From an uncultured virus (IMG/VR IMGVR_UViG_3300036832_000815) (taxonomy: Duplodnaviria; Heunggongvirae; Uroviricota; Caudoviricetes): 64,000 bases of DNA. Numbering within the stretch: the first letter of the stretch is position 1; each line of letters begins with the position of its first letter. The stretch lies in the IMG/VR virus record IMGVR_UViG_3300036832_000815; one strand, given 5' to 3'. Of the stretch, positions 10,138-20,429 are shown piece by piece. Under the pieces are notes generated by a model, which made no database searches, was not told the DNA's origin, and saw only the letters and a list, made by a program, of their open reading frames with translations. A program made the position numbers and the translations under genes.

Positions 10138-10574
10138 CCACCAGCGGCTATCTGAATCAGCCCGATCGCCTGCAAGCACTCGTTGCTCATGATCCGCAGT
10201 TGATCAAGATTATCAAGACCACTGAGGAGTGGGGCGGTGAAGAGACCGTAACCTACAACTTCAACAATGTGACCATCAACCGTAAGGCCGAGGAGTATCT
10301 AGGTAAGTTCTCCCTGGATCAGTTCGATGAGGATGAGGTGAAGGTTGCTGATCTGATCACTCATATCTTTGGTTACATCGATCCCTATGTGACCAGGAAG
10401 GTCATTTATGATCTCCTGCGTCCTACCAGCAGGTTCAATCAGGGACGTGATGATCTCTACATAAGCAGTATCGATGGATCGGCCGTTTACTCTGTGGAGC
10501 GGCGGATTGTCGAAAGCATCCTGCATTGGCATCGCATCGCAGAGCAGATGAAAGAGGAGAAGAACCACTCATGA
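10134..10574 (+). CDS. Hypothetical protein, lower GC
   Basis: ATGA overlaps at both ends. Confidence 0.65.
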   Translation: MTTSGYLNQPDRLQALVAHDPQLIKIIKTTEEWGGEETVTYNFNNVTINRKAEEYLGKFSLDQFDEDEVKVADLITHIFGYIDPYVTRKVIYDLLRPTSRFNQGRDDLYISSIDGSAVYSVERRIVESILHWHRIAEQMKEEKNHS

Positions 10575-11709
10575 AAGTCACCGACGCCATCGACGCCAAG
10601 CTGGCCACCCGCCAGACCTACGACTCAGCCAAGGCCACCGTGGACCTGCTCAGCGCCATCACTGATGATGAGACCAGCATCCCGTTCAGGATCCAGGAGA
10701 TCCTCGCCGTCGCCCAGGAGACCCTGCGGCTGGCCACCGAGGCCGACCAGGTGGTCTACGCCCGGCTGATCGAGGTGCTGCCGCACTCGGGCACCGACTA
10801 CGTCCAGCACCGACCATGAAGCTCATCGCCATCGAGTACGGCCATTACATCGACGGCTATGGCTTCGCCCGTGCCACCCGTGCCCACAACAATCGCAAGT
10901 TCCATCTCATCAACCTAAACACCTGGAGTACCACTGCTCTATGCGGCAAAGGCACCTATGGCGGCGTGGGCGATGTCACCGGCAAGCTGTGTGCCGAGTG
11001 CGCCGACGCGGTGGGCGTCCACAATGCCAGCGACCTCAGCCTGGACAAGGAGACCAATGACTGGTGGAAGGCCCAGAACAATGTCCAGTGATCAGACCAT
11101 TATCAAGCGCATCAAAACGCTCGGTATCGATGCCGATCGGCTGAAGGATGCCCTGGACTCCCGAGACAACTGGGGAGCCCTGGTGCATAGCTTTGAGTAC
11201 CTGACCGTACTGGGCGTGGTCTGTGACGCCATGCAGGCTGAGAAGTGAGCGACTTCACCAACCAGGAACCATTCGTGGTCACCGCTGAGGATCTCAAACG
11301 TCCCTGGAGTGGCTACAGAGATGGTCGCAAGTTCGGTTGTGGGATATGCCTGAGCCGCTTCGAGGAAGGTCAGACGGTTCGCTGGATACTCATGCGTGGA
11401 GCCCCGAACCTCTTTGTCTGTGCTGCATGTGACACCCCTGACATCAAAGAGAAATGGGTGGATCGCTGGCATAACGTGATCGTGCCCATACTCAAGCGCT
11501 GGGGCCATGATTACGATTGACGCCACATGAGCAAGGGCACCTGGCCGGAGTGGGCCGAGCGCTGGGACGGTCGCAAGCGTTGTCCTCGCTGTGGAGCCCG
11601 CCTGGTGCTGGTGGCCTGCATGATGCTGCACTACCACTCGGTGTGCGCCGCCTCGGGCTGGGCACCCGAGCAATGTGATGCCCAGCCCAAAGCGTCAGCT
11701 AGCAGTTAG
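10571..11709 (+). other. Run of small hypothetical CDS: 10571-10819, 10816-11091, 11081-11248, 11245-11520, 11527-11709
   Basis: Mostly overlapping stops/starts; several CxxC pairs. Confidence 0.6.
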
Positions 11710-12292
11710 CGATGGAGAAGGTGTGAGGAGTAGCGCTGACGCTGGCCGCGATGCTCTCATGGTTCACGAAGTGGAGGGTCAGGGTGCTGCCATCACTGCC
11801 CGTGCCATGGAAGGTGGTGGTGTCATGGTTGACGAAGTTGCGGTTGTTGAAGCTGCCGCCGAACCACTCGGTCAGATGACCGGTGAAGGTGGGAGCGCTG
11901 GGGTCAGGAGCGATGGGATTGCCCATGCTGTCCACCGTGAAAGGCACGATGGTCACGTCGCCCGTGAAGGTCGAGGTGAACCAGCCGTCCCCGGCGTTGT
12001 TGACGATGGAATGCTCGATGCCGTTGCCGGTGCCACTGATGACCGCGGCGTCGTTCTGGACGAAGGCGGGACAGTTGACGGCGGCCGGGTTAGGCGAGCC
12101 CACCGCGGGGCCGTCCCCGCCGGGCTGGGAGAAGTGGGCGGTCTGATTGCAGGCTGTGAACACCGTGATCCCGCAGGTGAAGTCCGACGGTGAGGTGGGT
12201 GCGGCGCTGGCCATGGCCGTGCCCGCCAGGCTCAGCCCGCCCAGTAGGGTCACCCCGGCCAGGGCGCGCCCCAGTAGTGCTGTCATACGCAT
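11699..12292 (-). CDS. Secreted protein with Sec-type signal peptide
   Basis: MRMTALLGRALAGVTLLGGLSLAGTAMASA then a beta-rich body; opposite strand to neighbours. Confidence 0.75.
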   Translation of the reverse strand: MRMTALLGRALAGVTLLGGLSLAGTAMASAAPTSPSDFTCGITVFTACNQTAHFSQPGGDGPAVGSPNPAAVNCPAFVQNDAAVISGTGNGIEHSIVNNAGDGWFTSTFTGDVTIVPFTVDSMGNPIAPDPSAPTFTGHLTEWFGGSFNNRNFVNHDTTTFHGTGSDGSTLTLHFVNHESIAASVSATPHTFSIANC

Positions 12293-12356
12293 GTCATTTG
12301 TCCCTTCGTTTGGTGGAGTACCGATGGTAGCCCGGTCCCTGCCCCCGATCCCGTCA

Positions 12357-12378
12357 CTCTAAGTTAACCTGCTAGAAT
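12357..12378 (+). promoter_or_regulatory. Promoter motif copy lacking -35
   Basis: CTCTAAG-TT-AACCTG-C-TAGAAT, ATG at 12385. Confidence 0.65.
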
Positions 12379-12384
12379 GTCGCC

Positions 12385-12990
12385 ATGACCGCCAGGAGAT
12401 CGAGAGTGAGCTATACCGCCCCGGACGTGGCCACCGTCGAGGCCGCCATCGGTTGCCCCCAGGAGGAGTGGGCGCTGCAGTGCCACGCCATGAGCCTCAA
12501 GCTGGTGCGATCGGGACTACTCCCGTCCGGTGCCCGCGTGGCCCGTGGTGGCACCCGCAAGGTGCGGGGCCAGCACTCCTGGGCCGTCCTGGGTGATCCC
12601 TATGACCCGGCGGCCACGGTGGTGGACATCACGCTGTGGAGCTACGATCCCACCGCTCCGATCGTCTACGTGGCCAAAGGGTCAGACCGCCCCCACGTCC
12701 CGCATGGCAGTGGCTCCATCTGGAAGTGGGGACGGCCCCCTGAGCCCGTCTCAGAGGTCCTAGAGCTTGACGGGGACCTGTCCCCCGTCGCCAGCGATTT
12801 CCTGCGCTTAGCCAGCCCCACAGGGCTCGATTACCGGGGCTGGATGTTCCTGGCCAACGCCCCGGTGGAGGGTTGGCCCGCTCGGGAGATCCTGACCGCT
12901 ATGAGCAAGAGCCCCCGTCTGGCCGCGGCCATCCCCATCGACATCCTGGGCATGGTCACCGACTGCAACCCCAACGAGTTGTACTTCTGA
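12385..12990 (+). CDS. Hypothetical protein, possibly papain/transglutaminase-like
   Basis: QCHAMS...QHSW...VVDIT gives Cys-His-Asp spacing. Confidence 0.5.
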   Translation: MTARRSRVSYTAPDVATVEAAIGCPQEEWALQCHAMSLKLVRSGLLPSGARVARGGTRKVRGQHSWAVLGDPYDPAATVVDITLWSYDPTAPIVYVAKGSDRPHVPHGSGSIWKWGRPPEPVSEVLELDGDLSPVASDFLRLASPTGLDYRGWMFLANAPVEGWPAREILTAMSKSPRLAAAIPIDILGMVTDCNPNELYF

Positions 12991-13288
12991 TGGCCAAGAA
13001 ACTGATTGGGACCAAAGAGCATCCTGGGTGCGTCACCGTGCGAGGGATCCCTCACTTCAGCGAGTGTCTGGTGGCGCAATGGCCCGAGCATCCTGACGAG
13101 GACTGCACCTGCCATGACGACAGCCCGGATTGGGATCGTGGATGATGGCCGAGACCAAGAAGAAGCCCACCAAGCGAGCCACCTGTCCGTATTGCGGCAA
13201 GCGGGTGGCGCTCACCAAGCTCGGCTACCTGCACGCCCATAACGACCCGGTCACCGACAAGCGCTGCGTGCGGAAGAGTACGAACTGA
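12990..13288 (+). other. Two Cys/His-rich micro-ORFs: 12990-13145 and 13142-13288
   Basis: Hand-translated; second is MMAETKKKPTKRATCPYCGKRV...HND...RC. Confidence 0.5.
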
Positions 13289-13351
13289 GTGAGCTAGGGT
13301 GGTGGCCGGTGCGCGGCTGGCGCATCGCGTTGACGCGGAAGCTCGGGTGAG

Positions 13352-13837
13352 GTGATGGGAAGCCGTCTCAAGCTGGTACGAGGTGATGGTCGGGTCTATC
13401 TCAAGCGCTGGGGATTGGCCTGTCGCTTCGGCGGTGTCTACGTCCATCACATCACCGCTCCCGACCCCGGCCCGGATCTGCATGACCATCCGTTCTGGTG
13501 GGGCTCGTTCATCCTGGCGGGCAGCTATGTGGAGTGCCGGGCCAAGACCGACAACGCCGTGGCCCGAGCCCACATGGCCACCATCCTGCCCGGCACCGGC
13601 ATGCGCCGGGGCGACAGCGTGTATCGCAACCGCTGGAGCTTCAAGCAGTTCAAACGAACTGAGTGCCACATGATCACTGCCTGCGATGCCGACACCTGGA
13701 CGGTGGTGGTGCGCGGCCCGAGACGACGTAAGCGGGAGATGGGCGAGCGCTGGGGCTTCTATACCCCGGAGCGCTATTACCCCGAGGGCGACTATGACCG
13801 ATTGGGAGCGAGGGATCTATGGAACGAAGTGGAATGA
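13352..13837 (+). CDS. Cupin-fold phage protein
   Basis: LHDHPF..SFILAGSYVE...H...WTVVVRGP...WGFY. Confidence 0.7.
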   Translation: MMGSRLKLVRGDGRVYLKRWGLACRFGGVYVHHITAPDPGPDLHDHPFWWGSFILAGSYVECRAKTDNAVARAHMATILPGTGMRRGDSVYRNRWSFKQFKRTECHMITACDADTWTVVVRGPRRRKREMGERWGFYTPERYYPEGDYDRLGARDLWNEVE

Positions 13838-14450
13838 TGGTCGATGAGAAAATGCAGGATCGGCTCAATCAGATTGTCGATCCTAAGCTCTATGGGTCCG
13901 ATACCGCCTATCACATGATGGTGACCTTGTTCCGGCAATGGCTCACCCAAGTGGAATGGGCCTGTAAGGATGAGGAGATACCTGACTCCACCATCGCCGC
14001 TATCCTCAATCGCCTGACCTATGGCCATCCCTATGGGGCCGACGCACTACTGCGAATGGAGATGGACACCACCAGGCTGGAGGAGATAAAGAAGAATCCC
14101 CTGCAGACCATGTTTGTCTGTCCTCGATGTCATGCGGCCAGCTATAACGCCAATGACATCAAGGAAGGCTATTGCGGTAACTGCCATGATTGGACCGACG
14201 GGTGACCATGGCCGAGGGCCTGCTGTGGCTGGACACCTACGAGTGCGGCCACACCCAGCGCGTCGAGTGCATGGTGCCCATCGACCGGGAGAGCCGGGTG
14301 GGAGAGCCCACTGTGTGCTTCACCTGCAAGGAGGCCGGGGAGTTCCACATCCGCCAACGAGTAGCCGTCCAGCTACTGGACCCCGACCTGGCCCTGCTGG
14401 ACGAGGACCCCGACGCTGACCTGGACCTCCCTCCTCCCGGAGGACCCTGA
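13834..14450 (+). other. Two zinc-ribbon hypothetical CDS: 13834-14205, 14202-14450
   Basis: CPRC...YCGNCH; CGH...CFTC. Confidence 0.55.
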
Positions 14451-14459
14451 CCACTTGAC

Positions 14460-14488
14460 TTGATCTCTCTAAGGGAACCTGCTAATGT
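14460..14488 (+). promoter_or_regulatory. Repeated leaderless promoter
   Basis: TTGATC-TCTCTAAGGGAACCTGC-TAATGT, ATG at 14495. Confidence 0.85.
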
Positions 14489-14494
14489 GTTCCC

Positions 14495-14779
14495 ATGACC
14501 ACCACTGAGACGCAAGTCACCCCCGAGCCCCAGACCGAGTGGCAGGCCGTCATGGCCCCCCTCCGCGACAACCCCCTGTGGCACCCGGTGCGGATCGCCG
14601 CCACCGAGGCCATCGAGGCCGATCTCATCCGCATGGCCGGACCCGACCATGGCCAGGGCATCGGCACCTCCGACATCAACCATCAGATCTTCGCCGTGGC
14701 CCGCCACCTGGATCCCGGCCTGCGCCTGTGGCCCCTGGCCTACGCCAAGGCCATCGTGGCCGCCCTGGAGACGTGGTGA
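14495..14779 (+). CDS. Hypothetical protein (MTTT start)
   Basis: Leaderless position after promoter. Confidence 0.7.
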   Translation: MTTTETQVTPEPQTEWQAVMAPLRDNPLWHPVRIAATEAIEADLIRMAGPDHGQGIGTSDINHQIFAVARHLDPGLRLWPLAYAKAIVAALETW

Positions 14780-15357
14780 GCGCCCCCGAGTTCGCCTGGG
14801 CGGCCAGCCCCACTCTGGGCGGCCCCTGGTACGGCTTCGCCACCAGCGTCGAGGCCCAGGCGTACTTTGCCGATCGCCCCAACGTCACTATCAGCCACGC
14901 CGACGTGGTCTCCCAGCGGCCCCTGCTGGTTCCCGAGGGGCGCTGCGTGGTTTGCCTGGTCGAGAGCCCCCAACTGCTGGCCCTGCGCGAGCAGAAGCTG
15001 TGGCCCGAGACCGAGGTGCTGGGCAAGACCGTCCACAAGGTGTGCGCCAGCCAGGCCACCCACCTGACCGACTTCGCAGAGAAGTCACACCTCGATGGGA
15101 AGGTGTACCGGTGGAACTCCAACGACCATTGCGTGCCCCACGATTGCCTGCAACTGGCCGTGGTGCTGGGCGTGGCCGACGAGGCTCACCTCTACACCAC
15201 CCGCAAGGCCGAGCGTGCTGAGACGGCGGCCTTCATAGCGCAGTACCGCGCCAACCAGGGACCCATGAGCGCCGAGGAGCGCGCCGAGGCCCGCGCCGCC
15301 TTCGGGCCGGGTGAGGTCATCGTGGATGTGATCACCGGAAGACGCACCCAGCTATGA
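14776..15357 (+). CDS. Hypothetical phage protein
   Basis: GTGA overlap; C-terminal EARAAFGPGEVIVDVITGR. Confidence 0.65.
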   Translation: MSAPEFAWAASPTLGGPWYGFATSVEAQAYFADRPNVTISHADVVSQRPLLVPEGRCVVCLVESPQLLALREQKLWPETEVLGKTVHKVCASQATHLTDFAEKSHLDGKVYRWNSNDHCVPHDCLQLAVVLGVADEAHLYTTRKAERAETAAFIAQYRANQGPMSAEERAEARAAFGPGEVIVDVITGRRTQL

Positions 15358-17414
15358 ACGGCGTTACGCCCGAGCCCTTCGAGAAGTTCTATCGGGCCAC
15401 TCCGGCCTACGGGGACATCCCCGAGTACATGGCCGAGGCCCTGTACAACTTCGTGGGCCGCTTTCGCCGGGACTGGCGGGGAGCCGACAGCTATTGGGAC
15501 ACCATGGACCTGGACGAGCAGGTCGAGTGCATCCTCGATGTCATCAAGGATCTGGGCGACGACCTGTCCGAACTGGATTACGTGGAGCAGTTCTTCTCCC
15601 GTTCTACCCCACCCAACGCGGCCTGGGAGGAGCTACCCGCCGACGCTCCCCTCGAAGACCGTGCCCTGCGGGTGGCGCTGTGCTTCAACCGGTCCCTAGA
15701 TGACAGCACCACCTATGAGAAAGAAGTCGATAAGCATGGTGTCGATGCCCTTGAGAGCATCGCCAAGAAGCTCAGGGCTTGGGAAGAGTATTGGCCCCTT
15801 GACCTGGAGGCTCAGACTACCCTGGTCCTCAAGCTGCTGACCGAGGCCGACAGTGAGACCATGCGGGAGTTCAAGCTGGTCGAAGGGCTGTTCCACTTCA
15901 CCGGGAATCCCAAGTACAAGCGCATGCACCATGCCGCTACTCGACGCGATCGCGCCCGGCGTATGGCCGCCTGCATGGAATGGGAGCGTCAGAAGTCCAG
16001 CGCCATCCAGGCCGACAAAGAGGGCCAGCAGATCCACTACGGGGAGCATTTCGCCACCCGACCCAACACCAACCTGAGGCGATGGATGAAGTCCGACAAC
16101 GACAACCTGATCCGGGCCAAGGGACCCGAGTACCGCTGCCCCCGCTGCGGCCACCACATCCCCGACGACGTTCACGTCAACGAGTGGGAGGGGGCCTGGA
16201 GCCGCACCGACCACCGCACCGAGATCTGCTCCCCCTGCGGCCGGGTGGAGTCCTGGGAGGAGCGCTCCGGCACCCTGACGCCCCAGAGCGCCTGGCCGGT
16301 GGAGCATCAGGAGCCGCCCACCGTCACCGGCTTCAGTGACGCCTGGGAGCATGTGCGGGCCTCGAACCGGGGAGCCGTGGCCCCTGCCCCCATGCCCCGT
16401 GAGGTGCCGGATCTGCGCCTGCACCTGCTGGAGAAGTGGATCCCCGGTGGCAGCTTCGAGAAGCACCTGGAGCTACGCAACACCATCGCCGGGTCCAACA
16501 CGGCCGAGTTCGAGCGGCGCACCCTGCGCCAGGCCAGCCTGTGGTGGGTGTCGGAGGAGATGATGAACATCACCCTGGCCGCGGCCACCAAGATGCCCGG
16601 CGACGTGCGGGCCGAGGAGATCACCCTGCCCGCCGAGCAGTCCCACGGCCTGGTGGTGCTGGCCAAGCCCTGGCTGGGCCTGGACTCCATGGACCCCACC
16701 CAGACGGTGCGGGTGGACGCCTTCACCTGGGCACCCTCCAACATCGACGGCGGCGACTGCCTGTCCATCACCATGTACCGCTACTTCGACTTCACCGGGG
16801 GCCTGGGACCGGCGGACCTGAAGGAGGCCATCGACACCGGGGCCATCATGGACGCCAGCGAGGACCTGGTCGGAAACGGCCCTGCAGACCAGCGCAGGGG
16901 CCGCCTGCGGGGCGGGGCCTGGATCTACCAGGGTCGCTCGGATTGGCCCCTACGGGAGACCCTGGAGGGCTTTGAGATCCTCGCGGCCGAGTTCCCCTCC
17001 GGCCACCCCTACACCGACAACCACAAGGCATCCCTGGCCGAGGATCGCCGCTTCTTCGCCTCCTTCGCCTTCCTGGTGGGCCAGAAGCTGCTGGCCGAGA
17101 CCGAGATGGTGTGGGCTCCCCGCGCCGTCCGCAAGCGGGCCGAGCGGGCCGGGGTGGACGCCAAGCGGGAGCCCTCCCATGTGCGCCTGATCAAGCTGCG
17201 CCAGATCCGGCGCAAGCACCATGAGACCGACGCCGACTACGAGAAGCGCAAGGTGGAGTACAGCCACCGCTGGATCGTCTCGGCCCACTGGGCCTGGCGG
17301 CGCTGTGGCCCCAAGGGCGTCAACCGGCGGCGGGTGTACATCGCCCCCTACCCCAAGGGACCGGAGGACAAGCCTCTGGTCATCAAAGATGACGTGAGAG
17401 TGTGGACGCGATGA
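15354..17414 (+). CDS. 686-aa composite protein with central zinc ribbon
   Basis: CPRCG...SRTD..TEICSPCG; C-terminal HRWIVSAHW...IAPYPKGP. Confidence 0.75.
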   Translation: MNGVTPEPFEKFYRATPAYGDIPEYMAEALYNFVGRFRRDWRGADSYWDTMDLDEQVECILDVIKDLGDDLSELDYVEQFFSRSTPPNAAWEELPADAPLEDRALRVALCFNRSLDDSTTYEKEVDKHGVDALESIAKKLRAWEEYWPLDLEAQTTLVLKLLTEADSETMREFKLVEGLFHFTGNPKYKRMHHAATRRDRARRMAACMEWERQKSSAIQADKEGQQIHYGEHFATRPNTNLRRWMKSDNDNLIRAKGPEYRCPRCGHHIPDDVHVNEWEGAWSRTDHRTEICSPCGRVESWEERSGTLTPQSAWPVEHQEPPTVTGFSDAWEHVRASNRGAVAPAPMPREVPDLRLHLLEKWIPGGSFEKHLELRNTIAGSNTAEFERRTLRQASLWWVSEEMMNITLAAATKMPGDVRAEEITLPAEQSHGLVVLAKPWLGLDSMDPTQTVRVDAFTWAPSNIDGGDCLSITMYRYFDFTGGLGPADLKEAIDTGAIMDASEDLVGNGPADQRRGRLRGGAWIYQGRSDWPLRETLEGFEILAAEFPSGHPYTDNHKASLAEDRRFFASFAFLVGQKLLAETEMVWAPRAVRKRAERAGVDAKREPSHVRLIKLRQIRRKHHETDADYEKRKVEYSHRWIVSAHWAWRRCGPKGVNRRRVYIAPYPKGPEDKPLVIKDDVRVWTR

Positions 17415-17517
17415 CCTAGACAATCCGCTATACTCTCATCGGTTGTACCTGCAGTAATGGCTACCGCACTCTCCGGCTGGAACCTGGAGTTAAACCAAAT
17501 AGAGAAAGCGGTTTGTC

Positions 17518-17973
17518 ATGAATGGTTCGCGTCTTAGTGCCAACGAGCGTAATGCTCATATCATCGAGTTGTATCAGGACGGGTTCTCCGTCTCTGATCT
17601 GGCTGAGGGATATCACCTCAGCCCCAGCCGGGTCTACGAGATCCTGAGGCAGGCCAAGGTGATGCTCAGGGGTCAACCTAAACCCGAGCCCAAGCCGGTC
17701 ACCGTAGACCCGGAGGATCCCAAGGTCATCGTGACCGACGAGGAGAGCGCCAAGGTCCAGCAGGAGCCGATGACCTACGGGCTCAACAGCCTGCAGGTGG
17801 GCGGCTCCGCCCAGGGGCTGGTCCTGTTCAAGGCCGGTCCCAGCTACACCCAGTACACCGACACCCTGGACCGCAAGGCCAACGAGACCGGCATCAAGCT
17901 CATCGTCAAGAACGAGTGGCTGCCCAAGCCACCACCGAAAGTGCTACGTCACATCCTTATGTGGGATGATTGA
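17518..17973 (+). CDS. HTH DNA-binding protein (Mor-like)
   Basis: RNAHIIELYQDGFSVSDLAEGYHLSPSRVYEILRQ. Confidence 0.75.
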   Translation: MNGSRLSANERNAHIIELYQDGFSVSDLAEGYHLSPSRVYEILRQAKVMLRGQPKPEPKPVTVDPEDPKVIVTDEESAKVQQEPMTYGLNSLQVGGSAQGLVLFKAGPSYTQYTDTLDRKANETGIKLIVKNEWLPKPPPKVLRHILMWDD

Positions 17974-17982
17974 GAGGATAAA

Positions 17983-19317
17983 ATGACTGAAGAGGAGCCC
18001 GAGAATGCCCGTGGTTGGCGAGAGGGGCTCGAAGCCATCGGTAATATGGCCGAGAAGATCCTCGAAGCCTTAGGCGATGACACCACCGTGCTGAGTGAGC
18101 CCCATGGGCTGTTGCACGATCTGGCCAGGGACCTGCAGGCTCAGGTCAGCCGGGGCCTGTTCGCGGTGGACATGCGCCATTACGAGATCTGGGAGGAGTT
18201 CACCGTCGGCTGGCGGCAGCTTCTGGCCTCCGACCTCCGCCGTCACCTGGAGCAGTGGTCCGACGATCGCCTGATCGGCATCATGCTGGGGCTGCTGACC
18301 ACGGTGGAGACCGAGGCCCTGCCCGACCTGGAGGAGTACCTGCGTCACCCCAAGGTCATCGACGCCGACATCCCCACCCCCGAGGCCCGCAAGGTGCTGA
18401 CCCGCATGCGGGCGCTGTCCACCGAGACCTCGGGCATCCTGTCCCTGATGTCCCGGCTGACCCCCAAGACCGAGGCTGAGTCCCTGGACATGGAGCGCAG
18501 CCTGCTGACCCTGACCCAGCAGCACCGGTTCTTCATGAGCATCGCCGCCCAGTGCGCCGAGCTACTGGCCAACCGGGGCGAGCGGGTGCCCCGCTGGAAG
18601 GTGCCCCATGCCTTCTGAGCCCTACGACTCCGAGGAGACCTTCACCCTGACCTTGACGGCCAAGGAGATGGGCCTGCTGAAGGTGATCATCCGGGCTTAT
18701 CGCAAGCACCTGGCCAAGAACCGCATCAGGATGGTGAACAAGTTCGGGGACGAGGCCGACATGACCAAGTCCACCGAGATGACCACCGTGCTATTGGCCA
18801 TGACCCGCAAGATCGATGACACCGGCTATGGCAGCTAAGCCCAAGGCCAAGCCTGCCCACCTACGCGGTGGGGGCTCGGCTCGGGCCTGGGGTCGCGAGC
18901 CCAAGGTCCACTACGCCCGTGACGCCTACGAGGGGGACGAGTCCTCGCTGTGTGAGCGCTCTGGCCATGGCACCCCCACCGACGACCCGGTGGACTGCCG
19001 GTTCTGCCTGAGGATGGCCAGTGGCGGTCGCTGAGCCCCTGGAGGAGCCCGTCTGGTGGCAGCGTCAGGGCTACGCGGCCGGACGCCAGCTAGACCAGGC
19101 CCACTGGGTGTGCGTCCACAAGATGATCTTCACCTGGCGGCTCATGCTCTGCACCGAGCGTGAGGTGCTGGATTTCGCCTGCTACCACACGCCGGGAGAG
19201 GCCCTGCTGGCCTTTACCACATGGAATGGTAAGACCGTTCCACCTGGTGATTGGATCCGCCATCACGGCTCTGGCCAGCGCCGTTTGGACGACGGGTCCA
19301 TTGTCATTGCGTCATAG
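17983..19317 (+). other. Hypothetical CDS: 17983-18618, 18608-18838, 18828-19034, 19021-19317
   Basis: Overlapping plus-strand ORFs with GC-rich third positions. Confidence 0.6.
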
Positions 19318-19358
19318 ATCCAGGGTTTGGACTATGGCCATAGGGGTATTACCGGGGC

Positions 19359-19571
19359 ATGACCGCTGCTCAACCGGCTCGAACTTACCGCTGGGGTCAA
19401 CCGGGATACTGGTCACCACTCCGATTGCTGGCGGTGGTGGCCACTATCGCCACTCTTGTCATCGGCTTTGTCATCGCCTTTGGCAACCTCTCTGGCACCA
19501 GCTTCAAGGACTGGGTCGCATCCGGCATCATCGCCGCGGGCGTGGCCCTGGGCTGCGTCATCATCCTGTAG
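19359..19571 (+). CDS. Small two-TM membrane protein
   Basis: Two hydrophobic stretches in 70 aa. Confidence 0.65.
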   Translation: MTAAQPARTYRWGQPGYWSPLRLLAVVATIATLVIGFVIAFGNLSGTSFKDWVASGIIAAGVALGCVIIL

Positions 19572-19588
19572 GTAGGTCCCACCTGCAA

Positions 19589-19636
19589 CCCACCCGCTCG
19601 GTGTCGGGAAGGCCAGCCCGGCACCGAGTGGGGTGG
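19589..19636 (+). terminator. Long GC hairpin, putative terminator
   Basis: CCACCCGCTCGGTGTCGGG pairs with CCCGGCACCGAGTGGGGTGG; no T tract. Confidence 0.55.
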
Positions 19637-19647
19637 CCAGCCCCGAC

Positions 19648-19676
19648 TTGACTAGCAAGGATCCTTATAGTAGGGT
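19648..19676 (+). promoter_or_regulatory. Leaderless promoter with a different, palindromic spacer
   Basis: TTGACT-17-TAGGGT; spacer contains AAGGATCCTT; ATG at 19685. Confidence 0.65.
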
Positions 19677-19684
19677 CCTTGCCT

Positions 19685-20130
19685 ATGACCACCACCGAGA
19701 AGGACTTCTTCGACGCCTGGACCGGCTTCGCCGTCAAGGCGGCCGAGGGCCTCGACCTCAACGACGCCGATGACCGGGCCATCTTCCGCTCGCGCTTCGC
19801 GGAGCGTACCCGGAACCTGCGGGTCAGCGCCCTCATCCTCCTGGCCGCCGAGTGGGGCTCGCCCCAGCCCGGTAACGCCAGCCGCTCCGACGCCTGCCGG
19901 GCCGTGGCCGACGCCTGGATCGCCAGGTCGCAGTCATGACCGCCTTCCGGGTCTCCCAATCCTCCTGGGACCAGAGCGGCTGTCGCACCGATGTCGCCGT
20001 CACCGGTCCTGTGGCCGACGCCCTGGCCGACATCGCCGCTCAGGCCCTGACCCTGTCCCCGGCCATCGGCTCGGTGGTCTTCGAGGCCCCCGACCATCAC
20101 TCTCGCATCACCGTCTTCCGGGCGACTTGA
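19685..20130 (+). other. Two small CDS: 19685-19939 (MTTT start), 19936-20130
   Basis: ATGA coupling. Confidence 0.6.
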
Positions 20131-20155
20131 TCTCTCTAAGAAAACCTGCTAACGT
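20127..20155 (+). promoter_or_regulatory. Repeated leaderless promoter
   Basis: TTGATC-TCTCTAAGAAAACCTGC-TAACGT, ATG at 20163. Confidence 0.85.
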
Positions 20156-20162
20156 GCTTGCC

Positions 20163-20429
20163 ATGACCACCACTCTCACCGAACGTCAGCAGTACTACCT
20201 GGATCGCCTCGACGCCAACGTCTGCTCCGCTCAGAGCCGCCTGGATGTCGCCACCGTCAAGGTAGAGGCGGCGCGGGCCGCGGGCGTGGACACCTCCACC
20301 TTCGATCCTCGCACCTCGGCCTGCTCGGCCGACTTCTCTCTCCGCAAGCTCCAGGGTGGCGTAGACCAGGCCATCAAGAACTACGAGGCCTACGTGGCCC
20401 AGCTTGCCGCCAAGGGGGTCGAGGTTTGA
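20163..20429 (+). CDS. Hypothetical helical protein (MTTT start)
   Basis: Start reassigned from 19770 to the promoter-proximal ATG. Confidence 0.7.
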   Translation: MTTTLTERQQYYLDRLDANVCSAQSRLDVATVKVEAARAAGVDTSTFDPRTSACSADFSLRKLQGGVDQAIKNYEAYVAQLAAKGVEV

